This document shows, in pieces, positions 37,867 to 52,494 of a DNA stretch of 64,000 nucleotides. The notes under the pieces are model-generated. The model was not told the origin of the DNA, made no database searches, and saw only the letters and a list, made by a program, of their open reading frames with translations. Position numbers and translations under genes: made by a program. The stretch is from Tubulanus polymorphus. Its lineage: Eukaryota > Animalia > Nemertea. The DNA is taken from NCBI RefSeq assembly GCF_964204645.1, contig NC_134026.1, positions 19,006,150 to 19,070,149 of the forward strand, read 5' to 3'. The first letter of the stretch is position 1. Each line of letters begins with the position of its first letter.

Positions 37867-40387
37867 GTATATACGTATATTGATTTATATTTTTGTGATA
37901 TTATTGTTCATTTTTTTTTAAATTCGAGCGGACTGTTTTGGCAGAATCACCGGCAAACATCTGCATTTCCTTTTCCTTTAAAATCGTATATAAATGGAGT
38001 TAATCAAGAGCTATATCAATCAAAACGTGTGTTTTAAAATGAGCGCAAATTATCGCAATTTTTATCCAAGTGTCCCTAAATCGCTTGGAATGATGTGATA
38101 ACGTCTTCAGGGACTTTACTTTCGAATATTTTACTTGGAACAATTTTCTAGGTAAAATTTGTTTTCAGTGGGTTCTGAAATCAACTAAGCACGTGCTGAC
38201 AACAACTTTTTTCAACAAAGCTATTTCAATGGAAATTTTGTGGCGAGAACCAGCCGCCATACCTATCCTTACTTAAATGTACATTCTATGCCATGAGAAT
38301 TGACGACTGCATTGTTTTCCTGGAACCATTTTGAGTATAAGACAGTGACTTTTGACTCAAAGGATAGCATCATTTACGATAAGTGCAGCATCTACAGAGT
38401 TATCTAATTCAGATCCCAAAATGACTTCCGTGAGTTAACGCCTATATAGTGTCATGTTGCCGACTGGCCAGTTGCATTACTGTGCCGTGAGAGCTGCACA
38501 TTGTAAATAGCATTGGAGTCATCGCTCAGACACACATTTTGTACCAATTAAAAAGTTTAATTAATCACTTGAATGGAGGGACGTAGATGAATTTTCACGA
38601 CAGGGATGCTGCTCTATAATCACATTATATGGCGAAGTTTTGGACCAGATTATAGTAGCAATAGGGCACTGGAAGTTAGCAATAGAGGAGTTTCAGTAAT
38701 TGAAGTAAAGCTAATTTTTTATGTTCCAAGGGTGGGTACCCATGTTGTTTGGGCATTAACCTGTTGCTAAGAAGGGGCCCTAAGATGGGGCTTAATTATC
38801 CAACCGATATAGCTGCAGCTGAATGATATCGAACGGTTCCAATCTTCTGAAGAAGCTATTTGGTCGGGAAAATTTATAGACTTCGCAAGATTGTTACGCA
38901 AACCCAATTCCACTAAGGCTGCGCCACTTGATTAGATCGAGCGTTGGGTGAGGGCGTTCGAAATTTTTCTACGGCACACTTACGTCGCCACAACCATAAT
39001 AGTGCCGTGCGAAGCATCAAAGCCTGGCCCCTCAAGACGGTGATAAGGCGTTCTATGACCAGGAATTGCATAATTTATCAGGGTTCGTTCGGCGTCAGGG
39101 ATTAGATGGGATGTCACTAACTGGGAGCTCTGGCCTGAGGCAAAAACGCGTAATACATACGATACTGAGTCCATTCCACCTTCCAATGTGTTTTGCTTCG
39201 CGTTCTACATACATACCTTTTGTTTGCGAAGAGATGCCCATAGCAGAGACTCGCCTGAGTTAACCCTGGGACCCTTCCAAAATACTGAGGACTTGACAAG
39301 GAAGTCTTATATCGAATATGTCCATTATGGTTTTTTTTTTTAATTTTAGATAGGGATGGTCCCTGTCATTTATTTGGTTTGTAAATTTCGTTTGATTTTT
39401 GATTGAGTGTCCCAAACCCACCACATCTGCCGGCAGCGAAACAGGGGGTTTGATTTCGAAATCGGAAATTGAACTACATATATAGTTGTGTGATCGGCGG
39501 TCGAGTTAACAGAATTTTTTGTTTAAATCGACGTACATAATTGGGAGATTTGGTTCCGGCTCATTCACACAATCTTCCATTCAGTCTGAACTGGCAAGCG
39601 ACTGATTGGTTTTCTTGGCTGCCTTATCTATAAATGCATCGAAATTTTGGAAATAGCTATATTACAAGGTCGAAGATCATTTTGACCATTTTTATATCCT
39701 TGGTAAATAATGGTTGCTAACGGACGAACTGCGATGACCTTTTGTGTTTTTTGTGACATTTTCTCCGATCTAGATCAAACAGAATGGGCGTTTGTCCGCA
39801 TAATGCTTAGTGTGGTCAGATTTGCTAGATTCAGCATCTTCATTTTTCATAAGTATGTCAAAACAGCTGGGGTGTATATCACGATTTACGTAATACAATT
39901 ATGAAAAGTTATCAAGAATATTGATGTATACATAAGTTTATATATTTCTTACATCTAAAACAGTTGGGGCATTTCAGACATTGCTGATATTTCATTATTA
40001 CGTCAAGCAAGTGGGAGCTTCCTTGGCTTTTACGCATTAGTATGTAGTATCACCGTATTTTGTGTTACAAGAAGTGATCTCGTCACAAAAAGATTGATTT
40101 CCGTCGAAAAATATTTGAAAGCGAAAACTATTCCGCCGTGAAAAACAAATTGCGAAAAAGATTAATAATATGTATATATCATTTGGAATACAGTCACACT
40201 CAGTTTAAGTTGTGCTTGTACTCACGAAACCGTGGTTTACAGTTACCAAGTAGCACAACTTCACTAACGAGATATCATAACGAGGTTGTCGTGAGTATAT
40301 AAATTTCTCCTTAATCGGCTAGGTGTGATAGTTTGCTCTTGTCACTTGGACATTTCAAAAGTGACATTTTACTCTCGTCACAGAACA

Positions 40388-43300
40388 ATGGATCATCATT
40401 ACTTCTGGCAACTACTTCTTCTTATTATACTCTCAGGTAAGTCATATTAAGCTAATCCTATACAAATCCGGAGATCCTCTATGTAGGCCTAAATTTGAAG
40501 AATAAAAATGTAGAAGAATCAATGTAGTATGTGTATCCCTATAGAACAGGCAAGTATATTGGCGTAGGTGTCGTGTAATTTCAGAGATGTAATGTTTCAA
40601 AACTCACAAAACCTTGGAAATATATGTATTATTCTAAGCGTTTATGAAATATTTCGAAAGTACATGCACGCTCTGGTCAAACCTTAAGCTATACTTTCTC
40701 TGCTATTACTACTAACCCGTGTCAGAGATGATCTGATCATTTCAACGTTGAGAAGGACCTAGTATTATGTAGTCATTGACATACCGTCTTATGTATCGAT
40801 TTTATCGTTTATATGTTTAAGAATGCCATGAACGGCTCCAAAGCACGTTTGGCAATAAGACGAAGAAATGTTCAAAATTCTTTAGCTATCACCATCGAAG
40901 CATTATTCATATTGACTTATGCCGAAAACAGTTTTTGGCATACATTCCAATAGAAACCACCGTTAATGCTTTTTGTTAATAGATTACGGGTAGGTCATCG
41001 TTTTTAATGGGTGGGAGTCGACCAGCTGGATATTGAGTTAACAAGGGAATTAGCTTGAACGTTTTGAGGAAAAATAACACAGATATATTGCCTAATATTC
41101 GACAACTTTCGTTTTGGCGCCCCCGCCAGAACATCGTAATACGTCGATTTTTCTCTAAAAATCCATTTTGGCCCACCAAAACAGTATAGAAATCCACTTT
41201 TCAATATATACAAATTAAGCTCATGATCAACGCGCCAAATTGAAAAATAACTAATTCGACGTTTTTCGTGACGGAATTCCATTTTGGCGCCAAAACGAAA
41301 AATTCTTTGTTTTAGCGCACCAAAACGCATTTTTTTCTTTAGAAAATTCTACATTTTTTTTTCGTTTTAATGTTCTGGCGTCCTCAATTGCATACCTTTA
41401 TTCTTTATTCTTTGTTTACGAATTTAATTACATTAGAAAATTACAGATAATAATATGGTAATGTAATATAAGTCGATGGATACCAGGAGAAGTTAAAAAC
41501 TTGTAACCATAAAGCATGGCCCTGGCACCCATGGAAATCACACACGCACACACACACGCACACACATGTACACATGCACACAACCTTTCACCAAACTATC
41601 GCACTTGGACAGGCACACGCATGAAAATCATGACAAGGCAGTGAAAAAATGACACAATAAATCCAGATCAATATACATTAAACAGAGATTAAACATAACT
41701 ATTGACCTCTTAGCAGATGATGTTTGAAATTCTTTTTAAAAACGAAGGAACTCTTCGACTCCTTTAAAATTGGATCGAGTGAATTCCAAAGTAATGGACG
41801 AGAAGTTTTTACTGAAAACTTACTTCTTCGAGTTTGAATTCGAGGGATTTCCATACTGTTTAAGCTACGAGTTCAATAATTGTGAATTTCATATCGAAAT
41901 TGAAAATAATTATTAAAACAATCAGGTAGCATGGATTTGTTATAATTAAACATAATGCATCCTAACTGTAATTTGTTCATTTCTCTGATTCTTAGTATTT
42001 TCAGTCTTTTAAAAAGTGGCTCAGTGTGTTCTAAATAATTTGAATTTGTTATTATTCGAACTGCACGCTTTTGAAGTAGCAATAAGGAATTTAAGTAAAC
42101 ATTGAAAACTATGTAGACTGAGATACGGTTCCACTAAACTGAAATATAATTGAATAAGATTTTTCTCCGGTAAAAATCGTTTTAATCTATGTAGTATACT
42201 GATACTCCTAGATACTTTACGTTGAACATCATTGATGTGATTAATCCATGATAATTTATCGTCAATATTTATACCCAAAAAGTTTGTGTTATGAACTTGA
42301 TCGATATTAATTCCGTTAATTTCAATCGAAGTGTTAAGTGGTAGTTTCGATCCAAATACCATGCAATGAGTCTTAGGCAAATTTAATGATAATTTATTAG
42401 CGTGAAACCACGTGGCTAGTTTGTCAAGTTCGCTAGATACGGTCGGAACAAGTTGATTAATATCGGAACCACTCGCAAAGACATTTGTGTCATCTGCAAA
42501 AAGCGTAAATTTTAAAATTTCGCTGACATTAATGCAGTCATTGATGTAGATTATGAATAGCAATGGTACCAAAATTGAACCTTGAGGCGCACCAGTAGAT
42601 ATATTCAAAAGTCGTGATTTGAAATTACCAATTTAAACTGTTTGTTGTCTATTTTCCAAATAATTTCTAAACCAGCGTAAAGCTTGACCTTTAATTCCAT
42701 AAAAATCCAATTTTGACAATAATATTTCATGATCGACTGTATCAAAAGCTTTTGACAAATCCAGATAAACACCGATAGTGGGATTTTTATTTTCAAGATT
42801 GTAAGAAATTTCATCATAGATTTTGATAAGTGCCATGGCAGAGGAATGATTCTTCCTAAAACCGAACTGGTTGGAATTAGTGATAGAAAATTTATCGCAA
42901 TAAGACATTAGTCTATTATATACGACTTTTTCAAGAATTTTTGAAAAGCAAGGCAAAATTGAGATAGTCCGGTAATTATTGAAATTATCTTTGTCACCAC
43001 TATTGTATAAAGGTCGGATTCTAGCGATCTTTAATTTGTCTGGAACAATTCCAGTCTGTAAACTTAAGTTAAAAACATGACAGAGAGGATCTTTGATTAA
43101 GTCAAAAACATTTTTAGTTACTTTCGTGCCAATCTCATCGATACCCAAACCTTTCCTGGAATAAAAATTCTTTACAATATTCGTCAGTTCAGCTGGTGTT
43201 GTTGGAAATAAAAGAAGCTTTCATTTGGACTGTTTCGCAAAAAATCTTTGACATGTGTGTTTGTGTGTGGGATATTGTCGGCACGTTTATTGCCGATATT

Positions 43301-46300
43301 TACAAAATACTCATTAAAACTATCAGCAATATTGGCTTTTCCATTTACTAGTGACCCATCAAGTTTAAATACGTGAGGTAAATCTTCCGAATTCGAAGTC
43401 TTTCCAAGAATATTGTTTATAATTTTCCATGTCTGTTTCATATTAGAAGCCAAAAATAGTTGCTCACCGTATACCTTCAACATAACTTTTCTAACCTCCT
43501 CACTTCGCTTGAATCCCAACAACTACTTCCGTATTTCAAATGCCGAATAAATGTAAATCCATACTTGTTGGAAATTCCCTTTATAACTTTGATTTAAACT
43601 CGACATTCATTTTTCTTGTTTCTAAATTCATCTCAAGAAACCAAAGAATCGCAATCTGAAAACTATCATTATTGTTATTATCATTATCTTCATTGGTATT
43701 ATCATTCCATGTTTTTATTTATTATCATTATTGCTATTATTGTCATAATTTATCATTTTTATTACTATCACTATTATCATATCATCCTTTATCGTAATTA
43801 TCGGTTTATGTGCATTTATATATTTTTGATCACCGTCAATGTCACTGTTATTTGAATGATATTGTAATTACCTATTACAAAATAAATACATGCTAAGGTC
43901 CTAAGGACACCTTAGCATATATTTATTTTTATATACTATTGAATTTGTTAAATAAAATTCATTTTTTTTCTAAGAAAAAAGATATGCAGGAATTTCATGT
44001 TCTGGCACCAGCCTCCATAGTTCAATTCATAAAAGCATAATTGCAACGGTTTTTATTGCGCCAATCGTAATACGCTAAACTAACGTTAATCTTTTATTAG
44101 ATGTATGCAGAGCGCAGATTCCTCAACGGGGATTTCAAGGTAGTTCGTTTCTAGAAGGACGTGGCGTGCCCGGTAGAGTGTCGCCTAATCAAAGAAATAC
44201 TGATGGCAAGGACTTGAACATCACAGCCGTTTATTACAAACCAGTACTTCAAACTGATATACACGGCGAAGCTGTTGGCATGTGTCGGATTGGAAACTGC
44301 AAAGCATCATGTGATTGTGACCTTTTTAACAATTGTTGCAATTTACCAAATACTCGCTGCTTAGAAGGCAAAATAAGACGATGGGATCGGGTCAAAAATC
44401 AACTCGAATACGCTAGTTGTGTGGATGGGTTGGCTATGACTGGTACTCCAAACCACTTTTATGCAATAGGTCGTTGTCCTGAAAATTATACAAAAGATTT
44501 AACCATCCGAAAATATTGTGAATCTCCGTCGAGCAACATCGTAACAACCATACCCGTTTACAAAGATAACTGGTTACCATTCAAAAATATGTATTGTGCT
44601 TTGTGTCATGGCTTCAACATCACTGAGTTTGAAATGGCAAACATACAAATGCAATGTTCCGACAACAAGAATTACATCAATGACGTCATTAAAGGTGTGC
44701 TCAATGCGTCAACCGATTCCAAATATCACCTAATGGAATTGTGCAAGCTCGTGTACACACACAACTATTACCGTCAGGTGATATTGCAGCCATGTAGCAG
44801 AAACTATACCACGCGTAAGGGAAACTGCTCTATGAAGTCAGGGGACCCGAATTTGCTCACTAAATGTAACACCGTATTTAATCCTATATCAGCCGAAGTT
44901 GATGGCCAAATAAAAACCTTTCGAAACTTCTACTGCATGAAATGCGATCTAGGTGATATAGACAAAAACTCCTTGGTTTGCGTGAAGAATACGACAACTG
45001 GTAGAACTTTCGGGTTGAATGTTATAGTAGACTTGAGTTTGGCAAATGGCGTAAGATTACGAACCCCGGGTCTGCCTATCATTTCATGGTCGTCTAAAGA
45101 GATTCTTTGCGCTGACACGTATGAAATTTTTGACGTGGAGACAAACAAATGCTACAAAGACGGTTGTTTTCAAGGGTACCATCAGTCTGGTGATACATGT
45201 TACCTTGATCAAAGAGAATGGCCAAAAATCTCCATTCGTATCATGTTTTCGTTCTTCATTTCTTTCAATGAGACTCAGCGGTTAAAAATGAAGAAATACA
45301 ATTATCGGCTCAGCTATTTCAAAGTTTCCGGTTGTTACATCGATAAAATGATCAAATTAAATGAAACAAGTAATATGTCGATTAATGCAAACACTACTTA
45401 CATGAGGCAGTTTACGCTCCTAGTATTTGATGAATTTCAAGGCTCAAAAATCAACCTTTCTTTAGTTGCAATAGAATCAATTCTGCACAAATATGAATCC
45501 TTGATTAACTGCAATTTCGGTGAAGATGGCAGCCGCGTAACCATTTCTAGTTACGAACTATCACCGACGAGTTTAAGTAAGAACACATTATGTCAAGTAA
45601 CTGACGTTCTTACCACGATAACCACAAGCTGGAGATCCGAAAAGCCGACGCCAGACGATTCTTCAGATGATTTTGCGTCGTTCTATTTACATCACATCAT
45701 CTCTGACGCCGGAAATAAAAATAAGACAATTAAAACTATCAAATGTTCAACGAAAAAGATCGACTGTGTGAGAAAGTTTGCGGGTGAAAGTACATTGGTC
45801 TGCAGGTCATCAGACTCGAAGAAAAATTCCAGCCTATTTTCAGATCAGGATTACTTAATAACTTTCGTATGTAGTTGCATCTCGATGATCGGTCTGATAA
45901 GCACGATCCTGATTTATCTTGTAATTCCCGAACTTTGTACTATGCCCGGTAAACTTGTCATAAGCTTCTGCGTGAGTCTTTTGATGGCCCTAACTCTGCA
46001 TTTATCCACCGTCCGTGTAATCACTCATCCATTACTTTGTGTCATCATGGCTACCGTTAAACATTACATGTGGCTCGTTGTCTTCTTGTCAATGACTGCA
46101 ATCTCTATGCACATGACATGTACATTCTTCAGTGCTTGGAAATTGGAAAATTCCCCCAAGGTTTTAGTATACATTCTCCTATCGGTTTGGCTATTTCCTC
46201 TCCTGATTGTTGGACCGTGTATTTTCCTCCAGTTCAGCGATGTCACGATCTTTGCTGATACGGTTTACGGCAACGCTCACATTTGTTGGTTCAAGTCTAG

Positions 46301-46667
46301 CTTATTCCTCATCTACGCTTTCGTAATACCGATCGGTACTCTTGACTTCGTCAATATTATTCTATTCATTATCACATCTTATCGGATCCATCACTTATTC
46401 TCCGCAATGCCTACTTCATCGAATGTTAAAAATGAAAGGAATACAGCAGTAATTTTCTATCGTATGGCATTAGTGACCGGAATGACTTGGACCATTGGAT
46501 TCGTAGCTTCTTTCGTCAACAACGATACGCTATGGTATTTCTTTAACCTTTTAAATTCCTCACAGGGTTTCCTCGTTTTCTTGGCTTTCATAGTTAACAG
46601 AAGAGTACTTAAAATGTTAGGAGCAAAATTTCATAAATCGAAGACTTCACCTGGTTCCCGTGAATAA
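40388..46667 (+). CDS. Family-B (secretin/adhesion/Methuselah-like) GPCR with large Cys-rich ectodomain, ~871 aa, 2 coding exons
   Basis: Exon 1 40388-40436 (MDHHYFWQLLLLIILS, GTAAGT donor) joins in frame to the acceptor at 44100 and exon 2, 44101-46667. Somatomedin-B-like CDCDLFNNCC and repeated FKNMYCALCH / FRNFYCMKC motifs. Seven hydrophobic helices with 7tm_2 hallmarks (PGK, HYMWL, CW, TGMTW, NSSQG). Confidence 0.88.
41397..43445 (-). mobile_element. 5'-truncated CR1-group LINE in the GPCR intron
   Basis: RT motifs YRTISIL, QFGFRKNHS, DLSKAFDTVDH, GAPQGSIL, FADD, LQKRAVRII, with frameshifts. (AATAAAG)n tail at ~41397-41412. Confidence 0.9.
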
Positions 46668-46860
46668 AGGAAAAATCTAGGGTTAAACAAGAAAATGTCA
46701 CACTATGTGCTGAATTCTCTATTGAAATTGCTTGGATACAATCTTGACGATCACATTTCCATACATATCTTTCGGTATTAATCTCATTTGTAAATAAGGT
46801 GGTCATGCACGGTGTTAGCAAAATAGATTATCCATAGATAGATAATCCATTGGTGTATTT

Positions 46861-47370
46861 CAATTCAAGTCAATTCAATTCAATCTTTATGCAGCATAAA
46901 CGACAAAAAAAAACATTGTTTGCACCTGATACAGTTTCGGTAAAATCAAGTATGTACAAAATAGGAGATAAACAAGCAATAAAATGAGGCATAATTAACA
47001 CTAATTACAGATGAAGAAAAACATAATTGAAAATATTAAAAAATACATTAATCGAAGAAAAATTATGACAATGGCACCGAGTTTAATAAATTTGGCTTGC
47101 TGAACAATACTGGTTGTAGGATTTAGGTCGTTGAAAGTGGAGATTAAATTATTTACGTCTAAGATAGATATATTTAATTCCTTTCTCAGATTAGCGACTC
47201 TTTTACAATGGAACAAAAAGTGATATTCATCGTCCAACACATTACAGATATTGCACAAACGTTTTTCCTTTTCTATACCACGGTGTCTACCTTTTTCAAT
47301 TAGTAAGCTGTGAGTAGACGTCCGTAATTTAGCATCAGCATTTCTGAGGTTAAAATCTTTTAGCACCAAT
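46861..47370 (-). mobile_element. 3' fragment of a LINE with C-terminal CCHC motif
   Basis: LRTSTHSLLIEKGRH...RLCNICNVLDDEYHFLFHC, plus a (TTGAA)n tail at ~46861-46885. Confidence 0.8.
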
Positions 47371-50134
47371 AAATATTCAATGTGAATAGTGTTACTTTGA
47401 TTAGAACATGATTATTATACTATGAGGATGTTGTCAAGTAGACGAAGTTAGTAAATTGTACTTTTCTTATAAATACTTAAAATTTGAAACTTATATAGGT
47501 TTATGACCACAATAAATCTTAAGTATCAGAGGGTTTTACCTATTTATAGTGAAAGTTTCTCTATATGTTGTAAATTTATCTTGTATTCCAAAATATCGTA
47601 GTTATTCAAAACTGTTGAGGAAAGATAAAATAAACCATGCGTTAGTCGGATGTTTTAGGACTGAAAATATTCCCCAACTTAGAAAAAGTCCGATTGTGAA
47701 AAACAACGTCTGAATTCCGACGTTTTCGATGAAAAATGCGCTGCTTCATAATGAAATAGAATAGAATCTGAGACCTTACGTATGTGACGACTGCATGTGG
47801 GCTGACAAGACCTGATGCAAGCCGTGACCTCAGATTTGTCTAAGCGTGTTATTAATCGAATCGATGCGATGACATTGGGTGTTTATCAAGCCGCGATTCA
47901 CAACTAGTGGTTCTGAATATCCAGATCATGAAAATACCCCTACCACTACCAGTACCGCTACCGCTACCGCTTCCACTACCACTGGCGTATTTGACTTAGA
48001 AAATCGGACTTTGGGACAGATATTCATTCGAAACTGGGAAAAGATAAATGGACTTAATATTTTCTCCTGATCCAACGTAAACATACTTTGAAATATTAAA
48101 CTATTTGTAATCATTAAAACATTACATCGAGTTGTAATAATACAATGTGTACTTATGGGAAATAAAGAAAAATAAAGAAAATTACGTTTGTAATCCGAAC
48201 ATCCGTATTGCGTCACTACATTCTTCTTGTCTTGAATCCAGGTAATAATGCCAGAGGTTAAAATGCCATAGGTTATAATGCCGGTGGTTAAAATGCCAGA
48301 GGTAAAAATGCCAGAAGGAAATATGCAGATAACCAGGCAAATATGTGAATTTATTGATATTGTACACGATATTCTTATTACCCATACACTTGATTCGACA
48401 TACGTACTGAATGCGCAGTTTAGATATAACATATTTCTGGACAATTGAAATTGAATAGTGAATAAGTAATAAGTTTCATAGGCAATGAAAGCATGAGTAT
48501 GTATCAATATTTTACTTGATTCACAAGGGTGTTGCATGAACCGGGGTATAAGAAATGATAGAAATGTGAATTTTGAAGTTTTTTATTCGCACACAATGAA
48601 CACTTGCACATTCCTCGTATCATTGAATTTTTGGATCAAGGCAAAACGGACGGCGAAATTATCAACACTGACGCCTGTCTCCCTCCCGCACCCCACGGAA
48701 ATAATTGAATATTAAGAATTCTATGAAAAAAAAGATTCATGAATTGAATATGATTGTTTGTTAATTAAGAAAAGAAAGGGTTGTAAAAAAGACTCTGATA
48801 ATATAATCAATCAATGATTATTGTAATTTGTATAAATCTTCGTTTTTGTTTTTGTGCTCTATACAACTGTATTCTAATCGAGCAATAAAACATATTCTAT
48901 TCTATAATTAAATCTTCTGTGGAGAGTCCAATGTTTTAAATAAGCCACAACAAGACACAAAATACAATAAAATTCTTATCCAATCCGACCTATTTCTGGA
49001 TTACTCTATCCGCTATCCCCTTTTTGAGAATAATATGACAGGAAGCACACAGATTGATTGCTGAGAACTGAAAACAGATAACTGATGTTTTTTGGAGATG
49101 GTTTTAATTGGCGTACGAAAATTACTGTCATGGTTTACCAACGCCGTATGGTATAGAGATCAAAGAATTGACTTCATCCTCAAGAAACCGTTTCGATAGG
49201 GATGTTTCTAGTTTATTACCAGGTGCCATTTTGAGGCAGTTCCACATTGTTGGACAGATTTTAACTTTTTTTGACACTTAAACCTTTAGCACAATATTGT
49301 CGTCCATCCTCCTTATGCCCATCCTCGCTCGCTTGCATCCTCGCTTTTGCCACAGAAATTAACGTTACGTATACTTCTAAAAGTTCTATTTCTGATGGTG
49401 TTTATTTATTTTTTACGGCTGCAACAATCGGACGCAGTTACAATTTAAAGAGAATAACTCACTATTAAGAAGGCGCCTCAAAAATTGGTAATTTTGTGTC
49501 ATTGGCTGCAACTATTTCATGATTTGTGATACAATGTATAACTTTTCACTGAATTGATTCGCACCAGATCCCGATTCAACATTGGAAACGTCAGTAACTG
49601 AAATATTAGCAAGTTGTTTGTTTTTCTGAATACTAACCGCGCGCGTCCTCTATAAGCGTTTGTGAATAGCGTGTAAATCTACTTAACATCCTTCACACCT
49701 ATTCATTATATTTGTAAAAAAAGAAAACCTCGTAGGAATTCTCAGAAAGTTGCGTCAGGCTGCTGTAGGATGCGTCGCTTTCCTTAGCCTTATAAGCTAT
49801 ATGCCTCACAAAATGTTTTTCGGATCCAAAGGCAGACAGCGCAAATTTGTTTCGAATGAAATTCATTTTTTTTCAAATTCCTCATTACATGAATGGGATG
49901 GAACTGATAATGACTATCCGTGATTTCCGTACAGGCAATAACGACTGTACGTGCCTCAAACAAATCCGGAAAGCAATGAAAGAGGAAACTAAGTCGGTTT
50001 AGTTCTTACATTAATATTCAATTTATTCAATTCATATATGTGTATCAATAAATCTTTGCTGATTAGTGTAATCAGTTTTCTATTGATAATCATTCAATTT
50101 TGAATCAGATTTATTTCCGTTATATATATTTCAT

Positions 50135-50479
50135 GATGGTCGATCAAGGTTCTGTGGAGATAACCTCACTGTCTGTATCGCGTTGGCCAATCACCCCAAT
50201 TAATTGTGGAAGTACATTGTATTCCTGCAATAGACGCCAGAATTTTATGAGAAAATTTATCATTGCCTCTCTACACCCAGAATAAATGGGTACCTGGCCT
50301 GATAGAAGATTCCTAGCGCTTGTTAGCCGCTCGGTGTTACTTCTCCCCAGGGAGAGATGACGGATACATGAAAGAGTATTGAAATTGGCCGGGGTAATGA
50401 TACCGAAAATGTAAAGTGCTCTGAGCAGCTTCGCTGGATTTAGCGCTATACAGTATAATTATCATTACTATTATTATCA
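50135..50479 (+). mobile_element. SINE (Nin/Deu-like core, L2-type 3' tail) inserted in the last exon of the pseudogene
   Basis: Core tgcctctctacacccagaataaatgggtacctggc and ctccccaggga. 3' end gtaaagtgctctgag...tagcgctata plus (ATT)n. TCAT is duplicated at 50131-50134 and 50480-50483. Confidence 0.72.
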
Positions 50480-50696
50480 TCATACAATATCGCCGCCCGC
50501 TTGACACCGCCTACCGACAATGGTCCGGCTTGTTGTTGCGGTTCGGTGCAGAACGGTTTCACCCGACGATGTATATCAACAATCTTCAAGGAAACCACTT
50601 CGCCTTTTAAAACAACCATCGCATCGGATATCGTACCATCTCTTTCTGATCGGTGAAAGTATGAAACATGTTCTAAGCGGTTATTGAATTTTCACG

Positions 50697-51046
50697 AGGG
50701 AGGGAGGGAGGGACGGACGGACGGAGGACGGGGGGAGGGTAGGAGGGACGGGGGAGGGAGGGACGGAGGGCGGGACGGAGGGAGAGACGGGGGACGGAGG
50801 GAGGACGGAGACGGAGGGAGGGAGGGAGAGACGGGGAGGGACGCACGGGGACGGAGGGACGGAGGGATGGATGGACGGAGGGAGGGACGGAGGGATAAGG
50901 ACGGACGGACGGACGGACGGACGGAGGGAGGGAGGGAGGGAGGGAGGGACGGAGGGAGGGAGGGAAGGAGGGAGAGACGGACGGACGGACGGACGGACGG
51001 ACGGACGGACGGACGGACGGACGGACGGACGGACGGACGGACGGAG
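50697..51046. repeat. Compound (GGAC)n/(GGAG)n purine-rich microsatellite filling an intron
   Basis: Directly visible. It lies between the donor at 51052 and the acceptor at 50673. Confidence 0.95.
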
Positions 51047-52119
51047 ACCTACCTGGTTCTCCGTATCTATACGAGAAACTTTTCAATTTGCAACATTCCG
51101 TGTACGTAAAATTTACATCAATGGAGCGCTCCGGTTTATACAGGAATGTTGAAGATACTATCCGTTGCTTGGTCGATATGAAATCTGTCTTTTCCGTTTT
51201 ATGACCTTTAAACAGATTAAAAATGGCGAGCGTTTGTTTGGTGAACTACATTTCACTACCCAATCAGGTGAATGATGAGGTTTTTTTAAACTTTCTGTTA
51301 GTATAGACCATTAACCGTCTCACTAAGCACCAGTGGCAAGACGTCAGTCACTAAAATATTGGCAAATTCTGTTTTTCTGTGAACTTACGCAAGAAGCATC
51401 GTTTCCGGTCATTGGACATAAAATCGTATTTCGGTGTTGATGCTAATTTCAGGTTTTTGCATTTTTCATAGTTTTTGCCGTTGAAGTTCAAGACTCCCTG
51501 TAAGAATGTAGGATTCCCCTAACCCAAGTTTGAATAAACTCTGTAAACAGAGAATCTTGGGATGGACAATTGAAGAATCTGATTAAGCCGAAAATAAATT
51601 ACATTACGTCCCCATTCATTTTGCCGCATTTTTAAGAATCGGTCATTCCGTTACCGAGTCGAACGATTAATGCCGTCTTCCGTATAAATGTAACTAAGTA
51701 AGTAGGAATGATTGGAAATCGTTACCGTTTTCAGATCTGCAAATACGTCAGTAATAGGGGTTTAGTTGTTCTAAGCCAAAGGTCGAACGGTCGAGAAATT
51801 TTCCAAATTTGAAAATAACAATAATTTCAGCTTGAATTAGTCGCGTACACTCCTAATTCAAACCGAAATTATTGTTATTTTCAAATTTGGAAAATTTCTC
51901 AACCGCTCAACCTTTGACTTAGAACAACTAAACCCCTATTACTCTTAAAATATTTATATACATGAATAAAATATATATGAATAACATATAAATTGATAGA
52001 TTATTCAATATAAAAGTGTTAGTAAAAAAGTAACGAGGAATTAACGAGCTCTTATAGAATAGATATATAGATAAATTTTAAACATATTTCAATAATTATA
52101 TTTGTATGAGTTAGATTTT

Positions 52120-52465
52120 TAAACATTAAAAGTGTTAGTAAAGTGTGAGTGAAATAATTCATATTTAAAACAGTGAATATTTATATTTATGTGTGTTAAA
52201 TTCTTATTTTTTAACATAAAAAGTGTGAGTAAAGTGTGAGTGAAATAATTCATATTTAAAACAGTGAATATTTATATTTATATGCGTTAAATTCTTATTT
52301 TCAATATAAAAAGTAACGAGTAATTAACGAGTGAAATAATTCATATTTAAAACAGTGAATATTTATATTTATATGTGTTAGATTCTTATTTTTAAACATA
52401 AAAAGTGTGAGTAAAGTGTGAGTGAAATAATTTATATTTAAAACAGTGAATATTTATATTTGAAT
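52120..52465. repeat. About 4 tandem copies of an ~85-90-bp AT-rich unit inside the TIR element
   Basis: Recurrent gagtgaaataattcatatttaaaacagtgaatatttatattt...ttcttatttt. The unit start also matches the inner TIR. Confidence 0.85.
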
Positions 52466-52494
52466 GAGTTTTAATAAAAATTTTGTTATAAAAA

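Noticed and set aside
38460-39300. Possible decayed retroelement or coding block (higher GC)
   Set aside because: Stops occur in all frames I tried and no convincing motif was found, so it cannot be assigned.
43616-43855. His/Tyr/Ile-rich ORF
   Set aside because: Degenerate (ATC/ATT)n low-complexity tract in the GPCR intron.
50673-51152. Pro/Ser/Arg- and Gly/Arg-rich ORFs
   Set aside because: Translations of the (GGAC)/(GGAG) intronic microsatellite. Only 51053-51294 is exon sequence.
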